Assembly: GCA_937868205.1 (NCBI GenBank)
Contig: CALMMC010000091.1
Coordinates: forward strand, 2,047 to 66,046
Reading direction: 5' to 3'
Source: an uncultured bacterium
GTDB lineage: Bacteria > Acidobacteriota > Aminicenantia > Aminicenantales > UBA4085
Length of the DNA: 64,000 nucleotides
The notes under the pieces were generated by a model. The model saw only the letters and a program-made list of their open reading frames with translations. It made no database searches and had not been told where the DNA came from. The translations under genes were made by a program, and so were the position numbers. Below are positions 44,700 through 57,243 of the stretch, piece after piece (the stretch's first letter is position 1; each line of letters starts with the position of its first letter).

Positions 44700-44925
44700 T
44701 GAGGATTGACCCTTCGGACGATGCTCAGCTCACCCTGCGAGCCGAAGCAAGTCCCGCACGAACCTTGTGAGTCGGGGCGAGCCGAAAGGACCGCATCTGC
44801 TTCGTTGCGAAGGATTCGCCGTGCGGCCAGCACGGGCTTTGCCGTCCTCATCCTCGTGGTATCAAGGATGAGGGCAGCGTCACCCTTCACGCCTCGCATC
44901 TGCGACTCTCTCGACTCGTGCATAA
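44700..44925. ncRNA. candidate structured RNA (long 5' leader of the glycan operon or independent sRNA); family unknown
   Basis: Nested complementarity is detailed in findings. The element is flanked by AT-rich islands, and overlapping ORFs are not protein-like. The strand is undetermined. A minus-strand promoter at 44951-44980 would transcribe through it. Confidence 0.3.
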
Positions 44926-44950
44926 TCCAGGTTATCTCTTTTTTTTCAAA

Positions 44951-44980
44951 TATATATCATCATTGGATAAATTTTGGCAA
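44951..44980 (-). promoter_or_regulatory. sigma70-like promoter directed toward 44618
   Basis: Minus strand reads TTGCCA (44975-80), 17-18 nt, TATATA/ATATAT (44951-57). Confidence 0.35.
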
Positions 44981-45027
44981 ACCGGGCGCGGGCGGGGGTT
45001 CCCGGGGGGGAACGCGGGACCTGGAAA

Positions 45028-49135
<4,108 letters not shown>

Positions 49136-49146
<11 letters not shown>

Positions 49147-49690
49147 GGGGCTCCCTTCCGCCGATGATGTCTTTAAGCCGCTGGAGCTCGCCCCGCAACG
49201 AGGCGTCATAAACCCGGTTTCCCTTGCGGATGAACAAGCCGCCGATGAGAGCCGGGTCGAGTCCGTAGGAACAGGAGACCGGGGCCTGCTCCAGGCGGGC
49301 GAGCTCCGCCTCCAGCCGGCTCTTTTGTTTCTCGGACAACAGCACGACCGACCGGACGTCGAACGTCCGGATTCCCCGGAGCTCCTTCCACTTGGCCGGC
49401 AGGTTACGGATGATCTCGGGCAGGAGGTCAAGCCGCCGCTGCCGGACGAGAAGGAGAAGAAACCGCTTCGACTTGTCGTGATAATCGACCCGGGCGAGGA
49501 TTTCCTTGATGACAGCCGCTTTCTTTGTGGGACGCAGGAACGGACGGCTCAGCAGGGCGAACAGCCGCTCGTGGCCCTTCACGAGCCCGAGGAAATCCTC
49601 CAAGTCCTTCGACACAACCCGGTACTCGGATTCATCCGGGAGAGCTCCGGCCAAGCCCTCCGTATACCGTTTAATGAGCAGCGGATTCAT
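49136..49690 (-). CDS. atpH: F1 ATP synthase subunit delta (OSCP)
   Basis: 184 aa positioned between the b and alpha subunit genes. OSCP-like end [28 protein letters not shown]. Confidence 0.85.
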
Positions 49691-50258
49691 CGGACATCAC
49701 CTTCAGCCGGTCGATGGACCGGTCGATCAAGTCGATGTGATCGGCTTCGGTCAGCCGTTTTTTGAGCCGTTCCTCGGCCAGGCCGGCGGCCAGCTCGGTC
49801 GTGTATTCCTTGAGCTCGCGGATGCCGGCCTGAAGCCGGACGGCCACTTCCTGGGCGGCCAGCGTCCGGATCCGCTCCGCTTCCCGCGAGGCGATATCCC
49901 GGATCCGCTCCGTCTCGGCCCGGGCCTCGGCCGCGGCCCGTTCCTTCAGCCGGGCGGCCTCGTCTTGGAGCTCGGCGACCCTGGTTGCGGCCTCGGTCAG
50001 CTTGGCTTCCGCCTCCTCCCGCTCGCGCCGGGCGTCGGCCAGCAGGTCGCGGACCGTTTCGGCCTTCTTGTCCAGCATCGCCTGGAGGGGCTTCCGCAGA
50101 AAATAGAACAACGCCCCGAACAGGACGGCGAAGTTGATGACTTTCCAGAGAAAATCCAATCCGCCGCCGCTGGCCGCGTGCTCCGCCTCCCCGGCGGCGA
50201 AACCGGCCGCCGGGAAGGAGACCAGCAGGAGAACGGCGAGGGCACGGAAAGCATTCAT
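49671..50258 (-). CDS. atpF: Fo ATP synthase subunit b
   Basis: Single N-terminal TM followed by a long charged helix (AEAKLTEAATRVAELQDEAARLKERAAAEA). Confidence 0.8.
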   Translation of the reverse strand: MNAFRALAVLLLVSFPAAGFAAGEAEHAASGGGLDFLWKVINFAVLFGALFYFLRKPLQAMLDKKAETVRDLLADARREREEAEAKLTEAATRVAELQDEAARLKERAAAEARAETERIRDIASREAERIRTLAAQEVAVRLQAGIRELKEYTTELAAGLAEERLKKRLTEADHIDLIDRSIDRLKVMSDESAAH

Positions 50259-50677
50259 GACCGATGCAACAGCTTTTCCTCGATTTTTTCCGAAAGGGGG
50301 ACGGCTTCGACCCGCAGATCCTCTTTCAACCGGGCGACCTCGGCCGCGAACGCAGCCCGGGCGTTTTCGATCTCGGTCTTGGCCGCTTGTCCCGCTTCCG
50401 TGATCAACCGGTTTTTTTCCCGCAGCGCCTCGAGCTCGACCCGATCGCGCGTTTCCTCAGCTTCCAGGCGGGCCGCCTTGAGGCCGGCCTCGACCGCCTT
50501 CAGCCGGCGGGCCGTCTCGTCCAGGTTCGACTGGGCGGCGGCCATGTCGTCTTGGAGGCGTTTTTCCCGCGCGTCCATCACCCCCCGGAGCGGCTTGAAA
50601 AAAACCCGGTTCAGGACGACAACAAGAATCCAGACCAGGACGAAGGTGACAATGACACTCGCGTCGATCTCAAGCAT
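50255..50677 (-). CDS. Fo ATP synthase subunit b' (second b paralog)
   Basis: 140 aa. N-terminal TM IVTFVLVWILVVVLNRVFFKPL, then a charged helix. 4-nt overlap with atpF. Confidence 0.75.
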   Translation of the reverse strand: MLEIDASVIVTFVLVWILVVVLNRVFFKPLRGVMDAREKRLQDDMAAAQSNLDETARRLKAVEAGLKAARLEAEETRDRVELEALREKNRLITEAGQAAKTEIENARAAFAAEVARLKEDLRVEAVPLSEKIEEKLLHRS

Positions 50678-50761
50678 GAAAGGCCGTTCCGTTCGGTTAT
50701 CGGAAATCCGAGTTTATCATATCGATTCGTTAAAAATCCAATTCCGGGCGGGAACGGAGGC

Positions 50762-52090
50762 TCAGCGCGAACGGAGGATTTTTTTGACTTCTCCGACCAA
50801 AAAAAGACTCCCCGCAACGAAGACCGTCCCGCCCGGGCCGGCCAGGCGGCGGGCCTGGGCCAGGGCCTTTCCCAGGTCGGGTTCAAGAACGGTTTTCGAA
50901 GCAAACGCCGGCGCCTTGGCCAGGATTTCCTCCGGCGAGGCCGCCCGCTTGTAGGGGATCGTCGTCAGGATGATCCGGCGGACGGCGGGGAAGAGGATCC
51001 GGGCGATCCGGCCGACCGCCTTGTCTTTCATGACCGCGAAAACCAAAACGGGCCGGCGGGACGCCGCCGACTTGATGAACGCGGCCACGGCCTCGGCCCC
51101 GGCTTCGTTGTGGGCCCCGTCCAGGAAGACGCGCGGCCTCGTTCCGGCCCGCTCGAGCCGGCCTTCCCAGCGGGTGTCCCGGATTCCCTCCTCGATTTCC
51201 CGGATTCCAACCGGAGACCAGACCTTGTCCAGGACGCGGGCGGCGGCCGCGGCCACGGCCGCGTTGCGGCCCTGGTGTTCCCCGGTCAGGGAAGGCGCGA
51301 GGCGGAAGACGTTCCCGCCCGCCCGGTAGAGGAACCTTCCTCCGCCGCGGAACCGCGACTCGAACGAGGCGCCGCGGCCGAAGACCTCGATCAAGGGGGC
51401 TTTCTCCTCCTCCGCCCGGCGCCGGATCACGGCCAGGGCCGGGCCGGGAGCGACGCCGCTGACCACGGGAACGCCGGGCTTGATGATCCCGGCCTTTTCG
51501 AAGGCGATTTTCGCCAGGGTGTTTCCCAGGTATTCCATGTGGTCCCGGGACACGGTGGTGATGATCGAGACGAGGGGCCGGACGACGTTGGTCGCATCGA
51601 ACCTCCCGCCCATCCCGACCTCCAAAACCGCGCCGTCGACGCGGTTCTCCCGAAAATGGAGCAAAGCCGCGGCCGTCAGGACCTCAAAATAAGTCGGCGA
51701 GACGTCGAGGACTCGGGCCGCCCGGAGCTCCTGGATTTTCGCCCGAATGACCGCGATCCGGAGACGGAACTCCCGTTCGGAAACCGGCCGGCCGTTGATC
51801 CGGATCCGCTCCTCGACCCGGACAAGGTGAGGGGACGTGTACAAGCCGATCCGGCGGCCGGACCGGGCCAGGATCGCGGCCAACATGGCCGCGACCGAAC
51901 CCTTCCCGTTGGTTCCGGCGACGTGAATCAGGGGATAAGCCTCGTGAGGATCGCCCAGCCCCCTCAGCAGGGTCCGCATGTTGTCCAAGCCGAGCTTGAT
52001 GCCGAACCGCTCCAAATCGGCTAAATACGCCCGGCAGGCGGCCGGAGAGAGGCTCTTCCCGGAAGGCGCGGCGGACCGCGGCGTGTTCAC
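50762..52090 (-). CDS. folC: bifunctional folylpolyglutamate synthase / dihydrofolate synthase
   Basis: Contains HVAGTNGKGSV (P-loop), SPHLVRVEERI, DGAHNEAG and Mur-ligase-like domains. Confidence 0.9.
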   Translation of the reverse strand: MNTPRSAAPSGKSLSPAACRAYLADLERFGIKLGLDNMRTLLRGLGDPHEAYPLIHVAGTNGKGSVAAMLAAILARSGRRIGLYTSPHLVRVEERIRINGRPVSEREFRLRIAVIRAKIQELRAARVLDVSPTYFEVLTAAALLHFRENRVDGAVLEVGMGGRFDATNVVRPLVSIITTVSRDHMEYLGNTLAKIAFEKAGIIKPGVPVVSGVAPGPALAVIRRRAEEEKAPLIEVFGRGASFESRFRGGGRFLYRAGGNVFRLAPSLTGEHQGRNAAVAAAAARVLDKVWSPVGIREIEEGIRDTRWEGRLERAGTRPRVFLDGAHNEAGAEAVAAFIKSAASRRPVLVFAVMKDKAVGRIARILFPAVRRIILTTIPYKRAASPEEILAKAPAFASKTVLEPDLGKALAQARRLAGPGGTVFVAGSLFLVGEVKKILRSR

Positions 52091-52878
52091 GCGGATTTGT
52101 TGAGGAAAAGACGGAGAGCGCGGACCAGGTACGCTTTAAGGTTTTTCCGCGGAACGACGTCGTCGATCATGCCGTGGCTGAGGAGAAACTCGGATCGCTG
52201 GAATCCCTTCGGCAGCTTCTCCTTGATGGTCTGCTCGATGACGCGGGGGCCGGCGAAACCGATAAGGGCGTTGGGCTCGGCGATGTTCAGATCGCCCAGC
52301 ATGGCGAAGCTGGCCGTGACCCCGCCCGTCGTGGGATCGGCCAGGACGGAGATGAACGGCAGGCCGGCTTGTTCCAGGCGGCCGAGGGCCGCGCACGTCT
52401 TGGCCATCTGCATGAGGCTGAGGGCGCCTTCCTGCATCCGCGCTCCGCCCGAGCACGAGATGATGATGAAAGGAATTTTTTCAGCCATCGCCCTCTCGGC
52501 GGCCCGGGTGATCTTTTCCCCGACGACCGAGCCCATGCTTCCCCCCATGAAGGCGAAGTCCAGGGCGGAGATCGCCGTCCGAATGCCCCCGATCATCCCC
52601 AGCCCGTTGACCACGGCCTCGGGCAGGGAAGTCTTCCGCTGGTTGTCCGCCAGGCGCTTGTGATAGGGCTGGCTGTCGACGAAATGCAGGGGATCCCGGG
52701 GTTGGATGTCATGGTCGGTGATGTCGAACCGGGCGTCGTCGTACAGCAAGGCCAGCCATTCCGAGGCGGAAAGCCGGAAATGGAACGCGCAGGCCGGACA
52801 GACGGACAGGTTATCCAGGATATCCTCCTTGTAAAGGATACGCTGGCAATTGTTGCATCGTGTCCACAAGTTGGTCAT
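52087..52878 (-). CDS. accD: acetyl-CoA carboxylase carboxyltransferase subunit beta
   Basis: N-terminal Zn ribbon CNNCQRILYKEDILDNLSVCPACAFH, then FAFMGGSMGSVVGEK and SGGARMQEG. Confidence 0.93.
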   Translation of the reverse strand: MTNLWTRCNNCQRILYKEDILDNLSVCPACAFHFRLSASEWLALLYDDARFDITDHDIQPRDPLHFVDSQPYHKRLADNQRKTSLPEAVVNGLGMIGGIRTAISALDFAFMGGSMGSVVGEKITRAAERAMAEKIPFIIISCSGGARMQEGALSLMQMAKTCAALGRLEQAGLPFISVLADPTTGGVTASFAMLGDLNIAEPNALIGFAGPRVIEQTIKEKLPKGFQRSEFLLSHGMIDDVVPRKNLKAYLVRALRLFLNKSA

Positions 52879-52915
52879 GACGGTTCAAGAGTCTAACAGC
52901 AAGCCCGAACAGGTG

Positions 52916-53380
52916 TCAACCTCGGGCCGGGGGGGCGGCCTTGAGACGATCGGAAAGCAAACGGATGACCTCGGCCGCCGTCGGGAGGTCCACTCCGAAG
53001 TCCGACTTTTCCCTGAGCAGGTCGAGAGCGGTCTGGAGAAGGTGCTCGCCGTCGAAGGGCTTTTCGAAGTACGCGGCCGCCCCGAACGAGGTTAAGGCCT
53101 CCTGCTTGTACTGCGGCCCCCGGTAGAGACCGGTGACGATGATCACCGATGTCCGGCCCTTGGATTCCTGGGTGATCCGCTTGGTCAGGTCGAAGCCATG
53201 GAGCTTGGGGAGGATGGCTTCAAGGATCACCAGGTCGGGATTCTCGATTTTGAAGGAATCATAAGCCGCCGCCCCGTCGGAGGCCTGGAAAATCTGAAAA
53301 CGGTACGGCTCGAACAGGGCGGCCACGGCGTCCCGGTTCTTCGTGTCGTAATCGACCAGGAGGATTTTCTTATCGGCCAT
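52916..53380 (-). CDS. single-domain response-regulator receiver (atypical: Glu at the phospho-acceptor position)
   Basis: KILLVDYD..., PDLVILEAILPKLHGFDL, VIIVTG and YFEKPF align with CheY-like landmarks. The D57-equivalent residue is E. Confidence 0.8.
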   Translation of the reverse strand: MADKKILLVDYDTKNRDAVAALFEPYRFQIFQASDGAAAYDSFKIENPDLVILEAILPKLHGFDLTKRITQESKGRTSVIIVTGLYRGPQYKQEALTSFGAAAYFEKPFDGEHLLQTALDLLREKSDFGVDLPTAAEVIRLLSDRLKAAPPARG

Positions 53381-53478
53381 CGGAAATAAGGCCCTCCGCG
53401 CCGGGAGAATCTTATTATGACCGAACGGCGGCGGAAATTCAATTCCCGGCCGAATTGTGCTATAGTTGCCCCGTTTCC

Positions 53479-54453
53479 ATGGCCAAAGGCATCGATCTCT
53501 CCATCATCGTCCCCGTTTTCAACGAGGAAAAGAACCTTCCCCTTCTTCACGCCGAGATCAAAGCCGCCGGCGACAAGCTCGGCCGGCCCTCTGAGATCAT
53601 CCTGGTCGACGACGGCAGCCGGGACGGCTCCTGGGAAGTCCTCCGGTCCATCCAGGCCTCCGACGTTCGGGTTCGGGCCATCCGCCTGCGGAAGAATTTC
53701 GGCCAGACCGCCGCCCTTTCGGCCGGATTCGACAACGCCCGGGGACGGATCATCGTCACCTTGGACGCCGATCTGGAAAACGATCCGGCCGACATCGGGA
53801 TGCTCATCGACAAGATCGAGGAGGGATACGACCTGGTCAGCGGCTGGCGCAAGGACCGTTGGAAAAAACATTTCTTCACCCGGCGCATCCCCTCGCTCTT
53901 GGCCAACCGGTTGATCTCGGCCATCACCAAGGTCCGTCTCCGGGATTTCGGCTGCACCTTGAAGGCCTTCCGCCGCGAAGTCATCGAAAACATCCACCTC
54001 TACGGGGAGATGCACCGGTTCATCGCGGCCATCGCCGCCTCCGTCGGCGTCGCCATCGCCGAGGTCCCGGTGAACTTCCGCCCCCGCATCCACGGCAAGT
54101 CGAAATACGGCATCTCCCGCTCGATCCGGGTGATGCTCGACCTCCTGACGGTGAAATTCCTCCTCAGCTATTCGACCCGGCCGCTGCAGATATTCGGCCT
54201 GATGGGTCTCATCTCCGGCGCGGCCGGGACGGTCATCGGACTGATTCTCTCCTACCAGCGGCTCGTCCTGAAAACAGCCATCGGCAACCGGCCGCTTCTC
54301 CTGCTGGCCGTCCTGCTCCTGGTCGTCGGGTTCCAGTTCGTGACCATGGGCCTCCTGGGCGAAATCATGGTCCGAACCTACCACGAGGCGGTCGAAAAAC
54401 ATATCTACGTCATCCGCGAGGTCATCGAAACCCCACCGACCAAGGCCGAGTGA
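53479..54453 (+). CDS. GT2 polyprenyl-phosphate glycosyltransferase (ArnC/DPM1/GtrB-like) with two C-terminal TM helices
   Basis: Trimmed to MAKGIDLSIIVPVFNEEKNL. Contains ILVDDGSRDGS, VTLDADLENDP and RDFGCTLKAFRR. C-terminal hydrophobic hairpin. Confidence 0.85.
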   Translation: MAKGIDLSIIVPVFNEEKNLPLLHAEIKAAGDKLGRPSEIILVDDGSRDGSWEVLRSIQASDVRVRAIRLRKNFGQTAALSAGFDNARGRIIVTLDADLENDPADIGMLIDKIEEGYDLVSGWRKDRWKKHFFTRRIPSLLANRLISAITKVRLRDFGCTLKAFRREVIENIHLYGEMHRFIAAIAASVGVAIAEVPVNFRPRIHGKSKYGISRSIRVMLDLLTVKFLLSYSTRPLQIFGLMGLISGAAGTVIGLILSYQRLVLKTAIGNRPLLLLAVLLLVVGFQFVTMGLLGEIMVRTYHEAVEKHIYVIREVIETPPTKAE

Positions 54454-54457
54454 GCCC

Positions 54458-55630
54458 GTGGCGATGAAGATCCTGATGCTCGCCCCAGAGCCGTTCTTCC
54501 AGCCCCGGGGAACGCCCATCAGCGTCTATTTCCGTCTGAAAGCCCTGTCCGATCTGGGCCATTCCGTCGATCTGGTCACCTACCCGCGCGGCGGAGACGT
54601 GGCCTTTCCCGGCCTGGCCATCAAGCGCGTCCCCAACCTGATCGGCGTCCGCGATATCAAGATCGGCCCCTCGCTGGTCAAGCTTCCCCTGGACGCCCTG
54701 ATGTTCGCGACGGCCTTCGGGTCGCTCCTCCGAAAGCGCTACGATCTCATCTTCTCCCACGAGGAAGCCGCCCTCCTCGGCGTCCTGCTCGGGAAGATCT
54801 TCCGCACTCCGCATCTCTACGACATGCACTCCAGCCTCCCCCAGCAGCTCGAAAACTTCGATTTTTCCCGGAGCGCCCTCCTGAAGACAGCCTTCCTCCG
54901 GATGGAGCGCTTCATCCTCAAGGGATCGCGCTCCGTGATCGTCATCTGCCGAGACCTGCTCGACTATGCCGCCCGGCTGGGATTCGGCGGCAAGGCCGTT
55001 TTTCTCGAAAACATCCTGGACTTCAACGATTTCGATCCGGCGCCGCCCGGTCCGGCGGAAATCGCCGCCGTCCGGCGGGATATCGCCGGCGACGGTGAAA
55101 AAATCGTTCTCTACGCGGGCAATTTCGAGCCCTATCAGGGCGTGTCTCTGCTCGTTGAAGCCTTCGGCCGGATGAAGGAGCGAGCCGTTCTTTTAATCGT
55201 CGGCGGGTCGAAGGCCGACCACGAACCGGCCCGGAAGCGGGCGGCCGAGCTGGGCTTCGCCGACCGGTTCGTCCTCGTGGAAAAAGTGCCGCCCCAGCGC
55301 GTGCCCGTCTATATCAGTCTGAGCGACGTCCTCGTCTCTCCCCGCGTCTCGGGGACCAACACGCCGCTGAAAATTTACGCCTATCTCAAAGCGGGCAAGC
55401 CCGTCGTGGCCACCGACCTGTGGACAAACAGCCAGGTTTTGACAGAGGAGATCGCCGTCCTGGCGCCGCCCGATCCCGAAAAATTCGCCGCCGCCCTGGA
55501 CTTCGCCCTGACATCCGCGGAGGCGGAGCGCCGGGCCCGGGCCGGGGCGGACCTGGCCGCCCGGGAGTACACGTACCCGCGCTACAAGGAAAAGATCACC
55601 GAGGCGGTCACGAGGGCCGTCCGTCGATGA
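54458..55630 (+). CDS. glycosyltransferase family 4
   Basis: MKILMLAPEPFFQPRGTPISV... (alternative ATG start at 54464). The C-terminal half contains SPRVSGTNTPLKIYAYLKAGKPVVATD. Confidence 0.8.
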   Translation: MAMKILMLAPEPFFQPRGTPISVYFRLKALSDLGHSVDLVTYPRGGDVAFPGLAIKRVPNLIGVRDIKIGPSLVKLPLDALMFATAFGSLLRKRYDLIFSHEEAALLGVLLGKIFRTPHLYDMHSSLPQQLENFDFSRSALLKTAFLRMERFILKGSRSVIVICRDLLDYAARLGFGGKAVFLENILDFNDFDPAPPGPAEIAAVRRDIAGDGEKIVLYAGNFEPYQGVSLLVEAFGRMKERAVLLIVGGSKADHEPARKRAAELGFADRFVLVEKVPPQRVPVYISLSDVLVSPRVSGTNTPLKIYAYLKAGKPVVATDLWTNSQVLTEEIAVLAPPDPEKFAAALDFALTSAEAERRARAGADLAAREYTYPRYKEKITEAVTRAVRR

Positions 55631-56595
55631 ACGCCTTCGTCACCGGGGGAACGGGTTTCGTCGGAAATCATCTCTGTGCGGCCCTCGCGGCCTCCGGCTG
55701 GACGGTTAAAGCGCTCGGCCGCAGGCTTCGGAACAACCCTCCCCCGGGCGTGGAGTTCGTCTCCGGCGACATCCGCGACGCCGCCCTCCTGGATCGGGCT
55801 TCGGCCGGGGCCGACGTTGTCTTCCACTTGGCCTCCGCCCTCGGGGCCGCCCGGATCGGGGCCGCGGAATTCATGGCCGTAAACGCCGGCGGGACGCGGG
55901 CGGTGTTGGCGGCCGCCCGGGAAAACGGCGTCCGCCGGGTGGTTCACTTCAGCTCGGCCGGAGTCCTGGGCCATGTCCGGCCCGGCGAAACCGCCGACGA
56001 AAAATATCCCCTCGATCCCCGGAACGTCTACGACAGGACCAAGCTCGCCGGCGAGCGCGCCGCCCTGGAAGCGGCCTCGGCCGGCCAGGACGTGGTCGTC
56101 ATCCGTCCGGGCTGGATCTACGGGCCCGGCGACCGCCGGACTTTCAAGCTCATCCGATCGATCGCCGGGGGCAGGTTTCTGCTGCCCGGCCGGGGCGAAA
56201 CCCTCCAATCTCCGGCGTATATCGACGACCTGGTGGCCGGAACGCTTCTCTGCGCCGGCCGCGGACGGGCGGGGGAAATTTATAATATCGCCGGAAACCA
56301 GGCGATGCCCGTCCGGAAGATGGTCGAGACGATCGCCGCCGCCCTCGGAAAGAGCCTGCCGCGCTTCCATCCCCCCATGGGACTGACCCGGGCGGCCGGG
56401 GCGGTGCTGGGGATCCTGTTCGGCTTCGCCGGGAAAGAAGCTCCGCTCAATCCCTCGCGCCTGGCTTTTTTCGTCCACCCCAAGGGCTTGAACATCGACA
56501 AGGCCCGGAGGGAGCTCGGCTTCGAACCGGCCGTCGGGTTCGCCGAGGGGATGGCCCGGGCGGTGGATTGGTATCGCCGGGCCGGCTGGCTCTGA
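55627..56595 (+). CDS. NAD-dependent epimerase/dehydratase (SDR family)
   Basis: The ATG overlaps the previous stop (ATGA). Contains VTGGTGFVGNHL (Rossmann) and the YxxxK motif YDRTK. Confidence 0.85.
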   Translation: MNAFVTGGTGFVGNHLCAALAASGWTVKALGRRLRNNPPPGVEFVSGDIRDAALLDRASAGADVVFHLASALGAARIGAAEFMAVNAGGTRAVLAAARENGVRRVVHFSSAGVLGHVRPGETADEKYPLDPRNVYDRTKLAGERAALEAASAGQDVVVIRPGWIYGPGDRRTFKLIRSIAGGRFLLPGRGETLQSPAYIDDLVAGTLLCAGRGRAGEIYNIAGNQAMPVRKMVETIAAALGKSLPRFHPPMGLTRAAGAVLGILFGFAGKEAPLNPSRLAFFVHPKGLNIDKARRELGFEPAVGFAEGMARAVDWYRRAGWL

Positions 56596-56613
56596 GGGGG
56601 TCCTCCCCGGTTA

Positions 56614-57243
56614 TCATTTAAAGGGATGAATATCAGCCGGATATCCGGGCCGGAAAATATATAGGTGATTCAACCGGAATAAAAACCTGGAATGCGCCTC
56701 GAGCGCGAATCCCGCTTCTTCGCACATCCTGATCACCGCTTTCTTCGAAAGCCCGCCCGTTTCTCCCGTCTTCATGCCGCCCCGCTTCTTGTCTTCGCTG
56801 TACCACCAAATTCGATGGCCGATTCCTCCCAAAACGGGACCGATCATGGTGAGGATCATTTTCCCGGACGGCCGGACCAAGCGGCGCGCCTCGCGGAGGG
56901 TTTCCCGGCGATTCGGAATGTGGTTCAAGGAGGCGACCAGCGTAATCGTCTCGAAGGACGCGTCGGGAAAGGGGAGGCAGGCCGAATCCGGGACGACATG
57001 CGCGCCGCCGCCCCAGTCGAAAACATCCACTCCGACGCCTTGCCCGTAGGCCCGGACCAAGGCATTCCTTCCGGCCCCGATGTCCAGCACATTTCCCTGG
57101 AGATGGGGGAGCACGGCCCGGAGCCTCTCCTCTTCCAAGGTCGTCCAGCGGAAGCGCGGCAGCCAATCCTGGTCGAAAAGAACGAACCGGAAAGGAATCC
57201 CCAGGAAATCCCAAACGGCGCGGATAAACGTTTTGGGCCTCAT
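56614..57243 (-). CDS. class I SAM-dependent methyltransferase
   Basis: Trimmed to MRPKTFIRAVWDF (ATGA overlap with the upstream gene). Contains VLDIGAGRN and LVRPSGKMIL. Confidence 0.75.
   Translation of the reverse strand: MRPKTFIRAVWDFLGIPFRFVLFDQDWLPRFRWTTLEEERLRAVLPHLQGNVLDIGAGRNALVRAYGQGVGVDVFDWGGGAHVVPDSACLPFPDASFETITLVASLNHIPNRRETLREARRLVRPSGKMILTMIGPVLGGIGHRIWWYSEDKKRGGMKTGETGGLSKKAVIRMCEEAGFALEAHSRFLFRLNHLYIFRPGYPADIHPFK

Noticed and set aside
44741-44765. GAGCCG...CGAACC, considered as a group II intron domain V-like hairpin.
   Set aside because: The arms do not base-pair into the required 34-nt hairpin. There is no GUGYG 5' end, no RT/maturase ORF and no other intron domains.
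44737-44790. Direct repeat gcgagccgaa occurring twice ~40 nt apart, considered as a mini CRISPR or tandem repeat.
   Set aside because: There are only two short copies, no regular repeat-spacer periodicity, and no cas genes. It is treated as part of the structured element.
44640-44985. Possible replication origin. DnaA-box-like TTATTCATA occurs twice (inverted) and TTATCCAAT once, together with AT-rich tracts.
   Set aside because: Only three degenerate (7/9) boxes are present. There is no dnaA/dnaN/gidA context. The GC-rich structured core between the AT islands is not oriC-like. It cannot be excluded without GC-skew analysis of the whole replicon.
44998-45013. GTTCCC-N4-GGGAAC hairpin just after atpC, considered as an intrinsic terminator.
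   Set aside because: The stem is only 6 bp and no U-tract follows directly on the minus strand. It is too weak to annotate as a feature, though termination somewhere in 44980-45027 is likely.
56632-56660. Palindrome CCGGATATCCGG near the convergent ends of the epimerase and methyltransferase genes, considered as a terminator or protein-binding site.
   Set aside because: It lies inside the methyltransferase coding sequence (...GYPADIHPFK*) and has no loop or flanking T-tract. It is most simply a chance palindrome.
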